A stretch of DNA of 64,000 nucleotides from Candidatus Peribacteraceae bacterium (GCA_040081825.1 JBEBFT010000003.1:17204-81203), one strand, 5' to 3'. Shown: positions 9,459 to 18,561, numbered from the stretch's first letter. The notes: generated by a model from the sequence alone, not told the origin. Numbers and translations: made by a program.

Positions 9459-9589
9459 ACGGCTTCGCGAAGAAAGTACAATGATTCTTTTTCTCTTGCT
9501 TTACTCATATCGGCGCAGCGATATCGCTTTGCCGATATAGTATTTTTTCTACTTGCAACGGGCGTTGATGCGTATGTGCGGAGCCGTAT
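9457..9589 (-). other. folB-folK spacer enclosed by a 12-bp long-range stem with a nested palindrome
   Basis: ATACGGCTTCGC (9457-9468, overlapping the folK ATG) pairs with GCGGAGCCGTAT (9578-9589, abutting the folB stop). Inner ATATCGGC (9507-9514) pairs with GCCGATAT (9531-9538) around the 12-bp palindrome AGCGATATCGCT. Confidence 0.45.
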
Positions 9590-9933
9590 CATGGTCGTTC
9601 GATGGTGAGTGACACTGTTGCACCCAGGATGCGAGGCTTCTTCTTTACCGTGACGCGCACCCCACCTTCTAGCTTCCAGCGCTTCAGGATCGCTGACGCA
9701 ATATCTTCTGCTAGCCTTTCGATCGTCCAGCGTTCGACTGCTGCGAGTGTCTGCATCATCTCAACCATTTCCATGTAGTCGATCGCCTCATCCAGACGAT
9801 CGGTTTTGGCAACGTGCGCTGTAGGATGCCGAAACTCGGCAGTCACCACTATTTCCTGCGGATGCATTCGCTCTTCTTCGCTGCACCCGATCTTCGTCAG
9901 AATCCGATATTCCTGGAGTGTGATCGAGTCCAT
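9589..9933 (-). CDS. folB: Dihydroneopterin aldolase
   Basis: 114 aa. ITLQEYRILTKIGCSEEERMHPQEIVVTAEF is FolB-like. Co-oriented with folK. Confidence 0.8.
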   Translation of the reverse strand: MDSITLQEYRILTKIGCSEEERMHPQEIVVTAEFRHPTAHVAKTDRLDEAIDYMEMVEMMQTLAAVERWTIERLAEDIASAILKRWKLEGGVRVTVKKKPRILGATVSLTIERP

Positions 9934-9942
9934 GATGAAAGT

Positions 9943-12339
9943 TTAGGAACGAGGAGCTGACATCTTTTCTCCCAGAGGTGAGGCAGCGAGCTTCCTGCAC
10001 ATCCAGCGAGAGAGAACGACAGCAGTAAACATCGACGTGATGATACCAATCGAGAGTGCGACGGAGAATCCTTTGATGATGCTGGTACCAATCATGAAGA
10101 GGATGGCGCAGGTGATGAGCGTCGAGAAGTTTCCATCTCGGATACTCGGCCAAGCGCGCTTGAATCCAGTCTCGACAGCAGTTTTGATGAGCTTTCCTTT
10201 CTTCAGTTCTTCCCTGATGCGTTCGAAAATCAGCACGTTCGCGTCCACTGCCATACCCATACTCAAGATGAGTCCTGCGATACCCGCAAGCGTCAGTACG
10301 ATGTACTGGTTGCTGATAAGAAGGAGAGGCAATTTGATTGCTGTGACGAGCAATACGACGTACAGAGCAAGCGCGATCACAGCGATCACACCCAGAGTGC
10401 CGTAGATAGCGAGCAAGAAGACACTGAGGGCAACCAGTCCAATTCCTGCTGCAATAACAGATTGATGCAGTGCAGTTTTACCGAGTGTTGCTTCGACCGT
10501 GGTCTGACCAGACAAGAAGATCGGAGCGGGGATCGCACCCGTATTCAGATCCTGTGCCAGTGTTCGTGCCTCCTCATATGTCCTGCTGCCTGTGATGACA
10601 GCCGTTCCTCCGATGATCTCGGTTTGCACAGTCGGAGCAGATACCATCTCGCCTCCGACGAAAATGGCGATTGGCTTACCGATGTTTCGCTTCGTCAGTT
10701 CCTGGAAAATCTTTCCTCCCTCTTCGTCGAATTGGATCTGTACGACAGGGATATTGGTCGTCGGATCAACAGTCACGGATGCCGAGCGGAAGCGCTGACC
10801 ATTGAGAGCAGTGTCCTTCCATCCTGTTGGTCGTAGTGAGAAGAAGATGCTGCGTACGACAACTGCATCATCTTTCGTCATTACTTTGTTTTCTTCGATC
10901 TGTCCTTTCAGTGCAGCGACGTCTGTGCCCTGAGGAGCCGTGAGAGCTGTATACGATGCGGTGCCCCCCTCCTCGAAGGATGCTTTGTCAGCACGGATGA
11001 TGTGGAAGCCAAATGGTGTCTCGGTGACATTGCTCACACCTCCTACTGGAAGCGAGAACGCGACGTTATCGAATGCTGTTCCCATCACACCTGCGGCAAT
11101 CGTTCCGAGTGAACCTGCTTTCGCTTTGGATGGACCATCGGATTCAGCACGTGCGAGTGTTGCGAATGCAGTTCCTGCATCCAGTTGTGCCTTGAGTTCG
11201 TTTGCGCGCGTCTGTGCCTCTGCCTTGGTGCGCGTTACTGTCGGGTCAGCACGTTCAGCACCCTGGTACTGCACCAGGATATGAGAAGCCCCCATCTTTC
11301 TGACACTCTCTGTTTTGCCTGCGATGTAGACGAGTGCTGGCGCACCGTCGTCTGCCTTTGTTTCTGTCAGTGAACCGATCTCAGACGCTGCGATCACTGA
11401 CTGTACGTAGGAGGGGAGAGTAGCGAGATTCACAGCATTTTCTGTCTTCACAGTAGAACCAGCAACCGATGCGCTCACTGCCTTTAGCGCCTCGTCAGGA
11501 CTGGAGACTGGTCGCTCGGTTGGAAGACGTGGCACCAGAACCTCTGTCAGATAGATGCCAGGAATCTCAATGAGTTCTGCAGTTCCGTCATCGTTTTGCT
11601 GGACGGATTGGATGGAACCCTCTGTTCGACGCACACTGTCACCGGGTTGCATGGAAGCGATGCTTTCCAAGCCCTGTGGCAAATCGTTCACGTAGAGCGT
11701 GCGTTCATCGAAGTACGAAATACCAAGCTGGTCGCTCAAATCTTCACCTACGCGCTGCAGGCTGCCGCCCTCTTTCGTCGCTTCAGCAAACGACTTGTTT
11801 GCGCGTGCACGCATCTCTTCTGCATACCCCGTTTCTTCGCCTGTGAATTGTTCCTTGAACTCGAGCTGAATAGTTTTTCCGACTGTCTTCAAACACTTCT
11901 CTTTATCGACGATGCCAGGACACTCCACAAGCAAGTGCTTCTCATCTCCGAAGTATGAAGGAGTGATGGTCGCTTCGCTTACTCCGAGCGAGTTAATGCG
12001 GCGCTCCAGAACGGTGCGGATAGCCTCGACGATGTTTCGATGCTGCTCTTCAACGCTGAAGAGTTCATTTTGCTTGAGGAGAATTGCTTCGCCTGCAGCA
12101 TCAGCTGCTTTCATCGCTTCGATTTCCTGATTCAAGACATCTTTCCTGCGCACTAATTCATCCTCAGAAATACGGAAATCCAACTGTGTACCACCTGCCA
12201 GATCCAGCCCCAGATGGACGTCAGGCTTCAGGATTTTTGGTGCCCACGGCTTCCAATCGTTTGGCAGTGCGATGACGCATGCAACGACGAGTAGTAGGAC
12301 GAGGATGTGAGGACCAAAGGAACGCTTGGAGGAAGCCAT
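9943..12339 (-). CDS. secD: SecD translocon subunit with an embedded parvulin-type PPIase domain
   Basis: N-terminal TM plus LGLDLAGGTQL. The C-terminus has the six-TM SecD core (GAIPAPIFLSGQTTVEATLG...AVDANVLIFERIREE). Residues 373-476 of the ORF-track protein read ASHILV...GSLGTIAAGVMGTAFDNVAF...FGFHIIRADK, a PpiC/parvulin signature. Start set at Met 12339. Confidence 0.85.
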   Translation of the reverse strand: MASSKRSFGPHILVLLLVVACVIALPNDWKPWAPKILKPDVHLGLDLAGGTQLDFRISEDELVRRKDVLNQEIEAMKAADAAGEAILLKQNELFSVEEQHRNIVEAIRTVLERRINSLGVSEATITPSYFGDEKHLLVECPGIVDKEKCLKTVGKTIQLEFKEQFTGEETGYAEEMRARANKSFAEATKEGGSLQRVGEDLSDQLGISYFDERTLYVNDLPQGLESIASMQPGDSVRRTEGSIQSVQQNDDGTAELIEIPGIYLTEVLVPRLPTERPVSSPDEALKAVSASVAGSTVKTENAVNLATLPSYVQSVIAASEIGSLTETKADDGAPALVYIAGKTESVRKMGASHILVQYQGAERADPTVTRTKAEAQTRANELKAQLDAGTAFATLARAESDGPSKAKAGSLGTIAAGVMGTAFDNVAFSLPVGGVSNVTETPFGFHIIRADKASFEEGGTASYTALTAPQGTDVAALKGQIEENKVMTKDDAVVVRSIFFSLRPTGWKDTALNGQRFRSASVTVDPTTNIPVVQIQFDEEGGKIFQELTKRNIGKPIAIFVGGEMVSAPTVQTEIIGGTAVITGSRTYEEARTLAQDLNTGAIPAPIFLSGQTTVEATLGKTALHQSVIAAGIGLVALSVFLLAIYGTLGVIAVIALALYVVLLVTAIKLPLLLISNQYIVLTLAGIAGLILSMGMAVDANVLIFERIREELKKGKLIKTAVETGFKRAWPSIRDGNFSTLITCAILFMIGTSIIKGFSVALSIGIITSMFTAVVLSRWMCRKLAASPLGEKMSAPRS

Positions 12340-12349
12340 GAGAAAGGGG

Positions 12350-13003
12350 TTAGAAAGGGGTGAATGACACTCTTGTTCCGACATTGACGTCATCTGCGAA
12401 GACCTCGGCAATAGTGGTGGAAGGGATGCCGCCGATCAGCACATGGTCGGCGAATGATCCTGATTGGATCGTGAGCATGGACACGAGTATGTCGCGTACG
12501 AAAATACCCAAACGCTTGCCCTGCTTCGTTCGTGCCAGCTCTTCCAGGATCTTCTTTCCTTGATCGTTAAACTCCAGATCCATACTGATTTCCATCGTCT
12601 GCTTATTCCCAAGAGCCTGCACCCAGAGAAGATTCGATCCATCAACACCTGTCGATTCCCATTCACTTGCAGCCCAGTCTTCAGCCTGAAGCGTCTCCAG
12701 CTTCATTTCGAATGAGAAAGGATCGGTCATAATGTGTGTAACTGCATCCTGCATTTCTGAGGTTGTTGCTTTAACCGTTACGATAGCCGATGTTTGATTC
12801 TCTGGTACAACCGTCACAGCTGGATCCATGAAATTCATTGCTGCCAGACGACGAACGATCACACGTTCGATGGATTCGATCAGCACCGACGCGCGAGCGG
12901 GATCCTCCCATGTTGCGCGGTAGCGCATGGTTTTCGTCTCTCCACAGCCACTGAGTAGGAAGAGCGAGAGAGCCAGAGCCGTACTGGAAAGAAGGCGTTT
13001 CAT
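12350..13003 (-). CDS. Lipoprotein resembling the SecD periplasmic (P1-base) domain
   Basis: Lipobox LFLLSGC after MKRLLSSTALALS. LEFNDQGKKILEELARTKQGKRLGIFVRDILVSMLTIQSGSFADHVLIGG parallels IQFDEEGGKIFQELTKRNIGKPIAIFVGGEMVSAPTVQTEIIGG in the adjacent SecD. Confidence 0.5.
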   Translation of the reverse strand: MKRLLSSTALALSLFLLSGCGETKTMRYRATWEDPARASVLIESIERVIVRRLAAMNFMDPAVTVVPENQTSAIVTVKATTSEMQDAVTHIMTDPFSFEMKLETLQAEDWAASEWESTGVDGSNLLWVQALGNKQTMEISMDLEFNDQGKKILEELARTKQGKRLGIFVRDILVSMLTIQSGSFADHVLIGGIPSTTIAEVFADDVNVGTRVSFTPF

Positions 13004-13126
13004 GCCGGGAGAGTGTAGCGGGAACAGGGGGGTGGTTGAAAGGTTTAAATGTTGGAAAGCTACACGTTTGAAGGCATGGCCATCAATCTTGTATTTCGCA
13101 ACATTGTCACTCATTAGTCTTGTACT

Positions 13127-14071
13127 CTACTTTCTGAGCACCGTCCCTGCCCGAAGCATTTTTCCTTCCAGATCGATCCCTTCGAGTGTGCAGCCAGTAT
13201 CAACGATGCACTCACGCAGCACGCAATTGTTGATGGTTGTATCTCCAAAGACGATGCAGTCACTGAGAATCGAGTTCGTCACGGTCGTCCCAGCACCCAG
13301 ATCCACACTTCCATGACATTCTGTGCCTTCTATTTGTACTCCCGGTGCCTTCAAAACCTTTTCTCCCACCAGGGAACGATGAAGATCCAGATACGCCTCG
13401 AATGAACCGATGTCTTTCCAGAGTTCTGTGAACGTAAAACAATCAATCGTTGTGTTTTGTCTGAGTAGTTCCTCGAAAATGCCACCGATGTTATCGGGGT
13501 GCGTCTTGGCGTAGTCAGTGAGGATCGGCAGGGTTGCGCGAGGCAGGATCGACCAGCCAGTGGAGATGATGGTCGAGCGGGGATTCATCGGTTTTTCTTC
13601 GAAGCTCTGTACGGTTCCATCTCCGTTCATGACGACGGTACCGAAACTACTGGCTGCTTCTATAGAACCGATGTCGTATCCCGCGATCAGCGTCCTTCCT
13701 TTATATGCGCTCAGAAACTGAGACATCGGACAGCCGACAAAGTTATCGCCTGCGAGGAGCAGGATGTCATCGTCGATCTTCTGATTCAGAATCCACGCAC
13801 GCACAGCACCCAGTGCACCCAGCTTCTGACTGTCGTGCCCTGCATCTTCGATGAGGATCTCGACATCGCGACCGACCGTCTTTTTCCATGCACCGAAATC
13901 ATCAGCAAATGCAGCATTCGTACTGAGCGTGATCGGGATGTCCTTTGGGATTTGATGAGCGAGATACGACACGAGTGGTTTCCCTGCGACGGGAAGCAGT
14001 GGCTTCGCACGCTTCTCGGTCAGTGGCCAGAGACGAGTGGCAAATCCGCCGGCGAGAATGAAAGCTTTCAT
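13127..14071 (-). CDS. Sugar-1-phosphate nucleotidyltransferase with C-terminal left-handed beta-helix
   Basis: MKAFILAGGFATRLWPLTEKRAKPLLPVAGKPLV and LLLAGDNF. The C-terminus has hexapeptide-like repeats. Confidence 0.8.
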   Translation of the reverse strand: MKAFILAGGFATRLWPLTEKRAKPLLPVAGKPLVSYLAHQIPKDIPITLSTNAAFADDFGAWKKTVGRDVEILIEDAGHDSQKLGALGAVRAWILNQKIDDDILLLAGDNFVGCPMSQFLSAYKGRTLIAGYDIGSIEAASSFGTVVMNGDGTVQSFEEKPMNPRSTIISTGWSILPRATLPILTDYAKTHPDNIGGIFEELLRQNTTIDCFTFTELWKDIGSFEAYLDLHRSLVGEKVLKAPGVQIEGTECHGSVDLGAGTTVTNSILSDCIVFGDTTINNCVLRECIVDTGCTLEGIDLEGKMLRAGTVLRK

Positions 14072-14083
14072 TGAGGGTAGTTT

Positions 14084-14185
14084 AGCACCTCACCCCAATC
14101 AGCCCCGCATATGCGGGGCTGATTACCCCTCTCCGCTGTAGCGGAGAGGGGAAGACTTGCCGAAGGCAAGTCGGGGTGAGGTGCT
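14084..14185. repeat. Perfect 102-nt four-way cloverleaf of palindromes
   Basis: The outer 13-bp stem is 14084-14096 / 14173-14185. It encloses a 28-nt perfect palindrome (14097-14124), an 11-bp hairpin (14126-14151) and an 8-bp hairpin (14154-14172). No stem has a mismatch, and linkers are 0-2 nt. Confidence 0.75.
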
Positions 14186-14958
14186 TACTCCCTAATCATC
14201 GCCATCGCTTGCCCCTCAATCCGCACGAATTCCTCATTCTTTCCAAAGATTCCCAGCACCGAGGGGAGTAAGCAGTACGTGATCCCGTGATTGCGACAGA
14301 CGGAAATCAGGTTGATCGTGTGTTCAAGTGTCGAGGCCTGCACGAGAAACTTAGGTTTAACTTTTTTGATCGTCTCTTCCAGGACATTCAGCTTCCCGAG
14401 CACTGGCACACCCGCGATGTCCTTCTTCGATGTTCCTTGTGCGTCCAGAACTGCAACAGGTTTCAGTGGAGACTGTTTTTCATTGAGATGTCTGATCAAG
14501 TTCTCGGCATCGCGATTGGCACCGATGATGAGCACTGGGTACGCAGCAGGTTCACGCCTGAGAATGCGTCTCTGCCATGCGTCGAAAGCCAGATGCCAGA
14601 GTAGTGTCAGCACGAAGCTGAGTACGCCTGCGTAGACCAGAAGCAGGCGACTGAAGAATCGGTCGTGCAAGAAGTAGTACGCGAGCGTGAAGAGTGCGGA
14701 CGCGATGATGCAGCTAAACAGGATGTACAAAATATTCCTGAGTTCGGTCTGCACCCGGATCAAGCGAAAGACACCCAGCTCCGCCAGTACCAGTAGCCAC
14801 ACGGGCGTGATGATGATGACGGTTTGCAAATACAGATTGAGCGGAAAGTCAGTCGATACGATGAACCCGACGCGCAAAAAATATGCAGCAGCATACGCAC
14901 CGACGAGCAGTACAGCATCGGTGATGAGCCAAAGAGTCAGGAGGACGGTGCGGCGCAT
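14185..14958 (-). pseudogene. Truncated polyprenyl-phosphate glycosyl-phosphotransferase (TM plus CoA-binding-like domains only)
   Basis: The N-terminal four TM helices and VLIIGANRDAENL...VAVLDAQG...GVPVLG match WbaP-type sugar transferases. The ORF stops at 257 aa, before the Bac_transf catalytic domain. The stop codon overlaps the cloverleaf stem. Confidence 0.6.
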
Positions 14959-14984
14959 GTGCCTATCCTACAGTTTCTTGAGAC

Positions 14985-15416
14985 TTATTGCTGCCTCGAG
15001 TCGATAACCTGTTTCATCATCGCGGCAAATGCATAAAAGTCCAAAATTGGCTTCGCGATAACTCGAGTATTAGTGAGATCGATTCTTCTCGCTGTTGCGA
15101 TTTTACGCATCGTATCTTCTGCACCTGTGAGCATGACTCTTGGAATGTGTGCAAGCTCAGGATCATTCATCACATTCTGCATCAGCGTGAGTCCATTCAA
15201 CGCATGCTGTTCATTCGCATCGTTCCCACCCATCTGGAAGTCGCTTAAAATTGCTGAAAGTCGCTTTCGATGCTCACGAATCAGTGCAAGTGCTTCTCTG
15301 CCATCAGCAGCCTCTATCGTGTCGATTCCTGTATTCTTCAATGCTCTGCCGATCGTCATTCGGATGATCGGGTCATCGTCTGCATGAAGGATGGTTGGGC
15401 GTACTACATCGTTCAT
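14985..15416 (-). CDS. Single-domain response regulator (CheY-like receiver)
   Basis: ILHADDDPIIRMTIGRAL, phospho-acceptor context ILSDFQMGG, and a later VIAKP block. Confidence 0.8.
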   Translation of the reverse strand: MNDVVRPTILHADDDPIIRMTIGRALKNTGIDTIEAADGREALALIREHRKRLSAILSDFQMGGNDANEQHALNGLTLMQNVMNDPELAHIPRVMLTGAEDTMRKIATARRIDLTNTRVIAKPILDFYAFAAMMKQVIDSRQQ

Positions 15417-15447
15417 AGCGTAAGGGGGATTAATGAGAGAGGGGCAT

Positions 15448-16029
15448 TCACACAGCGCTAGATGGATTGTTCTTCAACAGGTCGCGCAATTTTTCTATCA
15501 TTCCTGATCGCCAAGCATCGATACGATCATACAATTCACTCATTTGTTCGCGGAGACCAGGTTCATTCGCCTGCGCTTGTTTTTTGGTTAACCAAGGGTT
15601 TTTCCAGCCTTCCCCATTCCCTGTTCTTTTTTCACGCGCTTTCAAATCCATTGCTTGCAGTTCTTTTGCAACTTCTTCACTTTGAGTCCGTTTAATCAGT
15701 CCATGCTGCAGCAGAATGCCTTCGACTTCTCGCATCATTGCTAATATTCCTGGATGATTCGCACTCTCATATTCCCATGTATGATAGCAGGCTATGTGCC
15801 TATCTTTATGCTCGCACTGATCATGCACAATCGGGAGTGCAGGTAAAGGCATTGACTCATCAGTTGGCTCATACGGAGGATTCATTTTTGGAGTTCCGTC
15901 ATTTGCATAACTTTTGCACGATTCATGGAAGAAGTAGCATCTACGAATCGGCTTACCCAGCATTTGCAGCGCGTTTCTGAGCACGCCCTTCTGCTCCACA
16001 TTTAGTTGTGTAGAACTCTTATTTGGCAT
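15448..16029 (-). CDS. Hypothetical protein
   Basis: 193-aa ORF with no recognised motif, packed in an operon-like run with its neighbours. Confidence 0.4.
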   Translation of the reverse strand: MPNKSSTQLNVEQKGVLRNALQMLGKPIRRCYFFHESCKSYANDGTPKMNPPYEPTDESMPLPALPIVHDQCEHKDRHIACYHTWEYESANHPGILAMMREVEGILLQHGLIKRTQSEEVAKELQAMDLKAREKRTGNGEGWKNPWLTKKQAQANEPGLREQMSELYDRIDAWRSGMIEKLRDLLKNNPSSAV

Positions 16030-16942
16030 GTAATTGATATGGTAACAGAGTCACATCCCATGGCGTTCGCAGCTCGCGTACGTAGGATCCTTCTGAAAGC
16101 GGGGGAGTGTTCTTGAAGACAACATCACGCATGAACTCGTACTTGGCCTTCAGTGCTGGATTTGTTTTCGCCAGTCTCTGGAACTCCTTATTCTGCAGCG
16201 CGAAGAATGCAAATGCTTCTGCAAAGCACTCGAAGATATCACTCGCGCCGTATCCTGAAACGAAGTCAGCTTCTTTTACAGACGTTTTCTTTGTATGTGC
16301 GTTGGTCCATGAGATGGAGTAGTACTGCACACTTGGGTCGTTGTTATACATCGGTGTCGATCCATCGACGAATGCTGACATACCACTTTCCTTTGTACCT
16401 CGGAGTGCTCCCAGATCGATCACGTGACCGCATTCATGCGTGATGAGTGCAGCAAATTCAGCGTCTGGAACATTGCCTGTGACGATGATCGTCGACGCAC
16501 CACCCAGTCCACGGTTCTTGGGGTTCAGTTCGTAGTTTACGTAAAAGTTTTTGAGATTGTCACGACATCCAGAGGGCAACGCACGGAGCACCTTGTCTGC
16601 CAACTTCTGATGTTCAGGCTTGATATCTTTTTGACGAACGACTGGGAGTAGATCTGAGTCATTGGTAGCGACAACTTTCGGCTGAACGGTCGGTACGGCA
16701 CTATACGTAGGCGTTGTGGTAGCACTTGTGAAACGCACCGTACGTGGTGGGTTCTGGAGCCTCTGCCCAAGTCTCACAAGACGTAACGATTCAGACTGTG
16801 GCGCCTCGTGAGCCGTTGCATCTGTGATGCCCTGTGGTACGATTGTCGCGCTCAGGAAGAGAGCGACTACCATCAGAAAGCCTGTCGTTCGGAGGACTTT
16901 TCGTTTTATCTGAGCCAAAATCGAGGAATTAGGGAGATGCAT
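16019..16942 (-). CDS. Secreted or membrane-anchored putative zinc metallopeptidase
   Basis: N-terminal TM (TTGFLMVVALFLSATIV) and an HExxH motif (ITHECGHVIDL). Confidence 0.45.
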   Translation of the reverse strand: MHLPNSSILAQIKRKVLRTTGFLMVVALFLSATIVPQGITDATAHEAPQSESLRLVRLGQRLQNPPRTVRFTSATTTPTYSAVPTVQPKVVATNDSDLLPVVRQKDIKPEHQKLADKVLRALPSGCRDNLKNFYVNYELNPKNRGLGGASTIIVTGNVPDAEFAALITHECGHVIDLGALRGTKESGMSAFVDGSTPMYNNDPSVQYYSISWTNAHTKKTSVKEADFVSGYGASDIFECFAEAFAFFALQNKEFQRLAKTNPALKAKYEFMRDVVFKNTPPLSEGSYVRELRTPWDVTLLPYQLHAK

Positions 16943-16981
16943 AGAGATGAAAGTAGTAATTTATACACTATTGTTATATTT

Positions 16982-18469
16982 ATGTCAAGTGACCCCCAAG
17001 ACGGCTCTCAGCCGTCTTCCATAGCTCCTGGACAGGCGCATACCCTGACAATCGAGAAGTTCGCCGAAGGCGGAGCAGGATTTGCGACCTTAGACGGCAA
17101 ACCCGTCTTTGTGACCGGTGCCATTCCTGGGCAGCGCGTTTCTGCGATCATCACCAAGAAGAAGGACTCTTTTTTTGAGGCTCGTGTCGAGAAGGTGATC
17201 ATGCGCTCCCGCGACGAGGTGCCCGCACGTTGCCCACACTTCGGAGTGTGCGGTGGATGTGTGTGGCAGAGCGTCAATTACAACAAACAGATTCAGTACA
17301 AAGAGGACATCGTGAAGGAAACTCTGGAGCACCTGACGCCGGTCGATGAGGCTGTACGAAAGACGCTCCCGGGTCGAGTGCTCAAAATCATTCCGAGTCC
17401 GCAAGTGTTTTATTATCGAAACAAGCTGGAGTTATCGTTTGGATACGGCAACATGCGCTTCGAAGAAAAGCCTCCACGCAATGAGGGCGGCAAATCCGAA
17501 CGCATCTACTTCGATGAACAACCAGGAATCGGTTTTCATCGTCCTGGCGATTGGGCGACCATTCTTCCGATCGGCGAGTGTCATCTGTATGACGAGCAAC
17601 TCCCCAGCCTCATCGCTGACGTGAACAGGTTCATGCAGTCGACCAAACTGCCTGTCTACAATCCCAAAACGCACAAAGGAATGCTCCGGCACCTTATCCT
17701 GCGTCGTGGCGTGCACACGGGTCAGAACATGATGTGTTTCGTCGTGCAGGCACGGAAGAAAGAATTGGAACCACTCTTCCAAAAGTTCATGCAGTTTGGT
17801 GGACGACCGGGACTCGTGTCTCTTCAGATCGTCGAACACATGGGACTAAGTGATAAGGTCGAGAACGAAAAGATTCACTCACTCATCGGTCAGCCATGGA
17901 TCGAGGAGCGACTCTTTGATCTCACATTCCAGGTGTCGCCGTTTTCTTTCTTCCAGACCAACACACTCGGTGCCGAGAAGCTCTATACCGCGATCGCGCA
18001 GGCTGCCGACCTCTCGCCACGCGATACAGTGCTGGACTGTTACTGCGGCATGGGAACCATCGGTCAGTATCTGGCTCGCTTCTGCGAGAGAGTGGTGGGT
18101 GTCGAGTCACATCCAGGAGCGATCGAAGATGCGCTCAAGAGTGCTGGCAGAAACCGCATTGGCAATATCAGTTTCTATAAGGGCAAGGCGGAGCAAGTCA
18201 TGAATCAACAACTGAAAGCGGGAGGGAAGTACGCGTTCAATACGATTGTTGTCGATCCGCCGCGCATGGGTCTGCACCCTGCGGCACTGGACGCGGTGCT
18301 CGCGCATCGAGCCGAGAAAGTGGTCTACGTCTCGTGCAATGTCTCGACATTCGCTCGTGACTTGGGTGCGTTCCTGAAAGCTGGTTACGAACTGCGTACG
18401 GTACAGCCCGTGGATATGTTCCCACATACGGCGCACATAGAACTCGTGGCATTGCTGCAGAGAAAGTAG
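16982..18469 (+). CDS. TRAM-domain 23S rRNA (uracil-C5)-methyltransferase, RlmD/TrmA family
   Basis: TRAM N-terminus, Fe-S Cys cluster CPHFGVCGGCVWQ, SAM motif VLDCYCGMGTIG, and C-terminal VYVSCN...VDMFPHTAHIE. Start at ATG 16982. Confidence 0.85.
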   Translation: MSSDPQDGSQPSSIAPGQAHTLTIEKFAEGGAGFATLDGKPVFVTGAIPGQRVSAIITKKKDSFFEARVEKVIMRSRDEVPARCPHFGVCGGCVWQSVNYNKQIQYKEDIVKETLEHLTPVDEAVRKTLPGRVLKIIPSPQVFYYRNKLELSFGYGNMRFEEKPPRNEGGKSERIYFDEQPGIGFHRPGDWATILPIGECHLYDEQLPSLIADVNRFMQSTKLPVYNPKTHKGMLRHLILRRGVHTGQNMMCFVVQARKKELEPLFQKFMQFGGRPGLVSLQIVEHMGLSDKVENEKIHSLIGQPWIEERLFDLTFQVSPFSFFQTNTLGAEKLYTAIAQAADLSPRDTVLDCYCGMGTIGQYLARFCERVVGVESHPGAIEDALKSAGRNRIGNISFYKGKAEQVMNQQLKAGGKYAFNTIVVDPPRMGLHPAALDAVLAHRAEKVVYVSCNVSTFARDLGAFLKAGYELRTVQPVDMFPHTAHIELVALLQRK

Positions 18470-18490
18470 TCGGGTGAAGGTTATCGAATT

Positions 18491-18550
18491 GTATGTTGTA
18501 TGTAGTATTTGGTATGTAGTATGAGAGCGCCATTCTTGGCGCGTTCATAC
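18491..18550. repeat. Heptad array GTATGTT GTATGTA GTATTTG GTATGTA GTATGAG merging into a hairpin
   Basis: Five 7-nt units at 18491-18525. The last unit forms the base of the hairpin GTATGAGAGCGCCA-ttc-TTGGCGCGTTCATAC (18519-18550). Located between rlmD-like and rlmH. Confidence 0.6.
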
Positions 18551-18561
18551 GCAGAACGATC

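Noticed and set aside
14084-14185. Cloverleaf as a tRNA or tRNA-like gene
   Set aside because: The stems are 8-14 bp against 4-7 bp in a tRNA. There are no D- or T-loop consensus nucleotides and no anticodon-loop geometry.
18491-18525. Heptad arrays (all families) as CRISPR arrays
   Set aside because: The units are 7 nt and contiguous, with no unique spacers. The arrays are palindromic overall. No cas genes are in the window.
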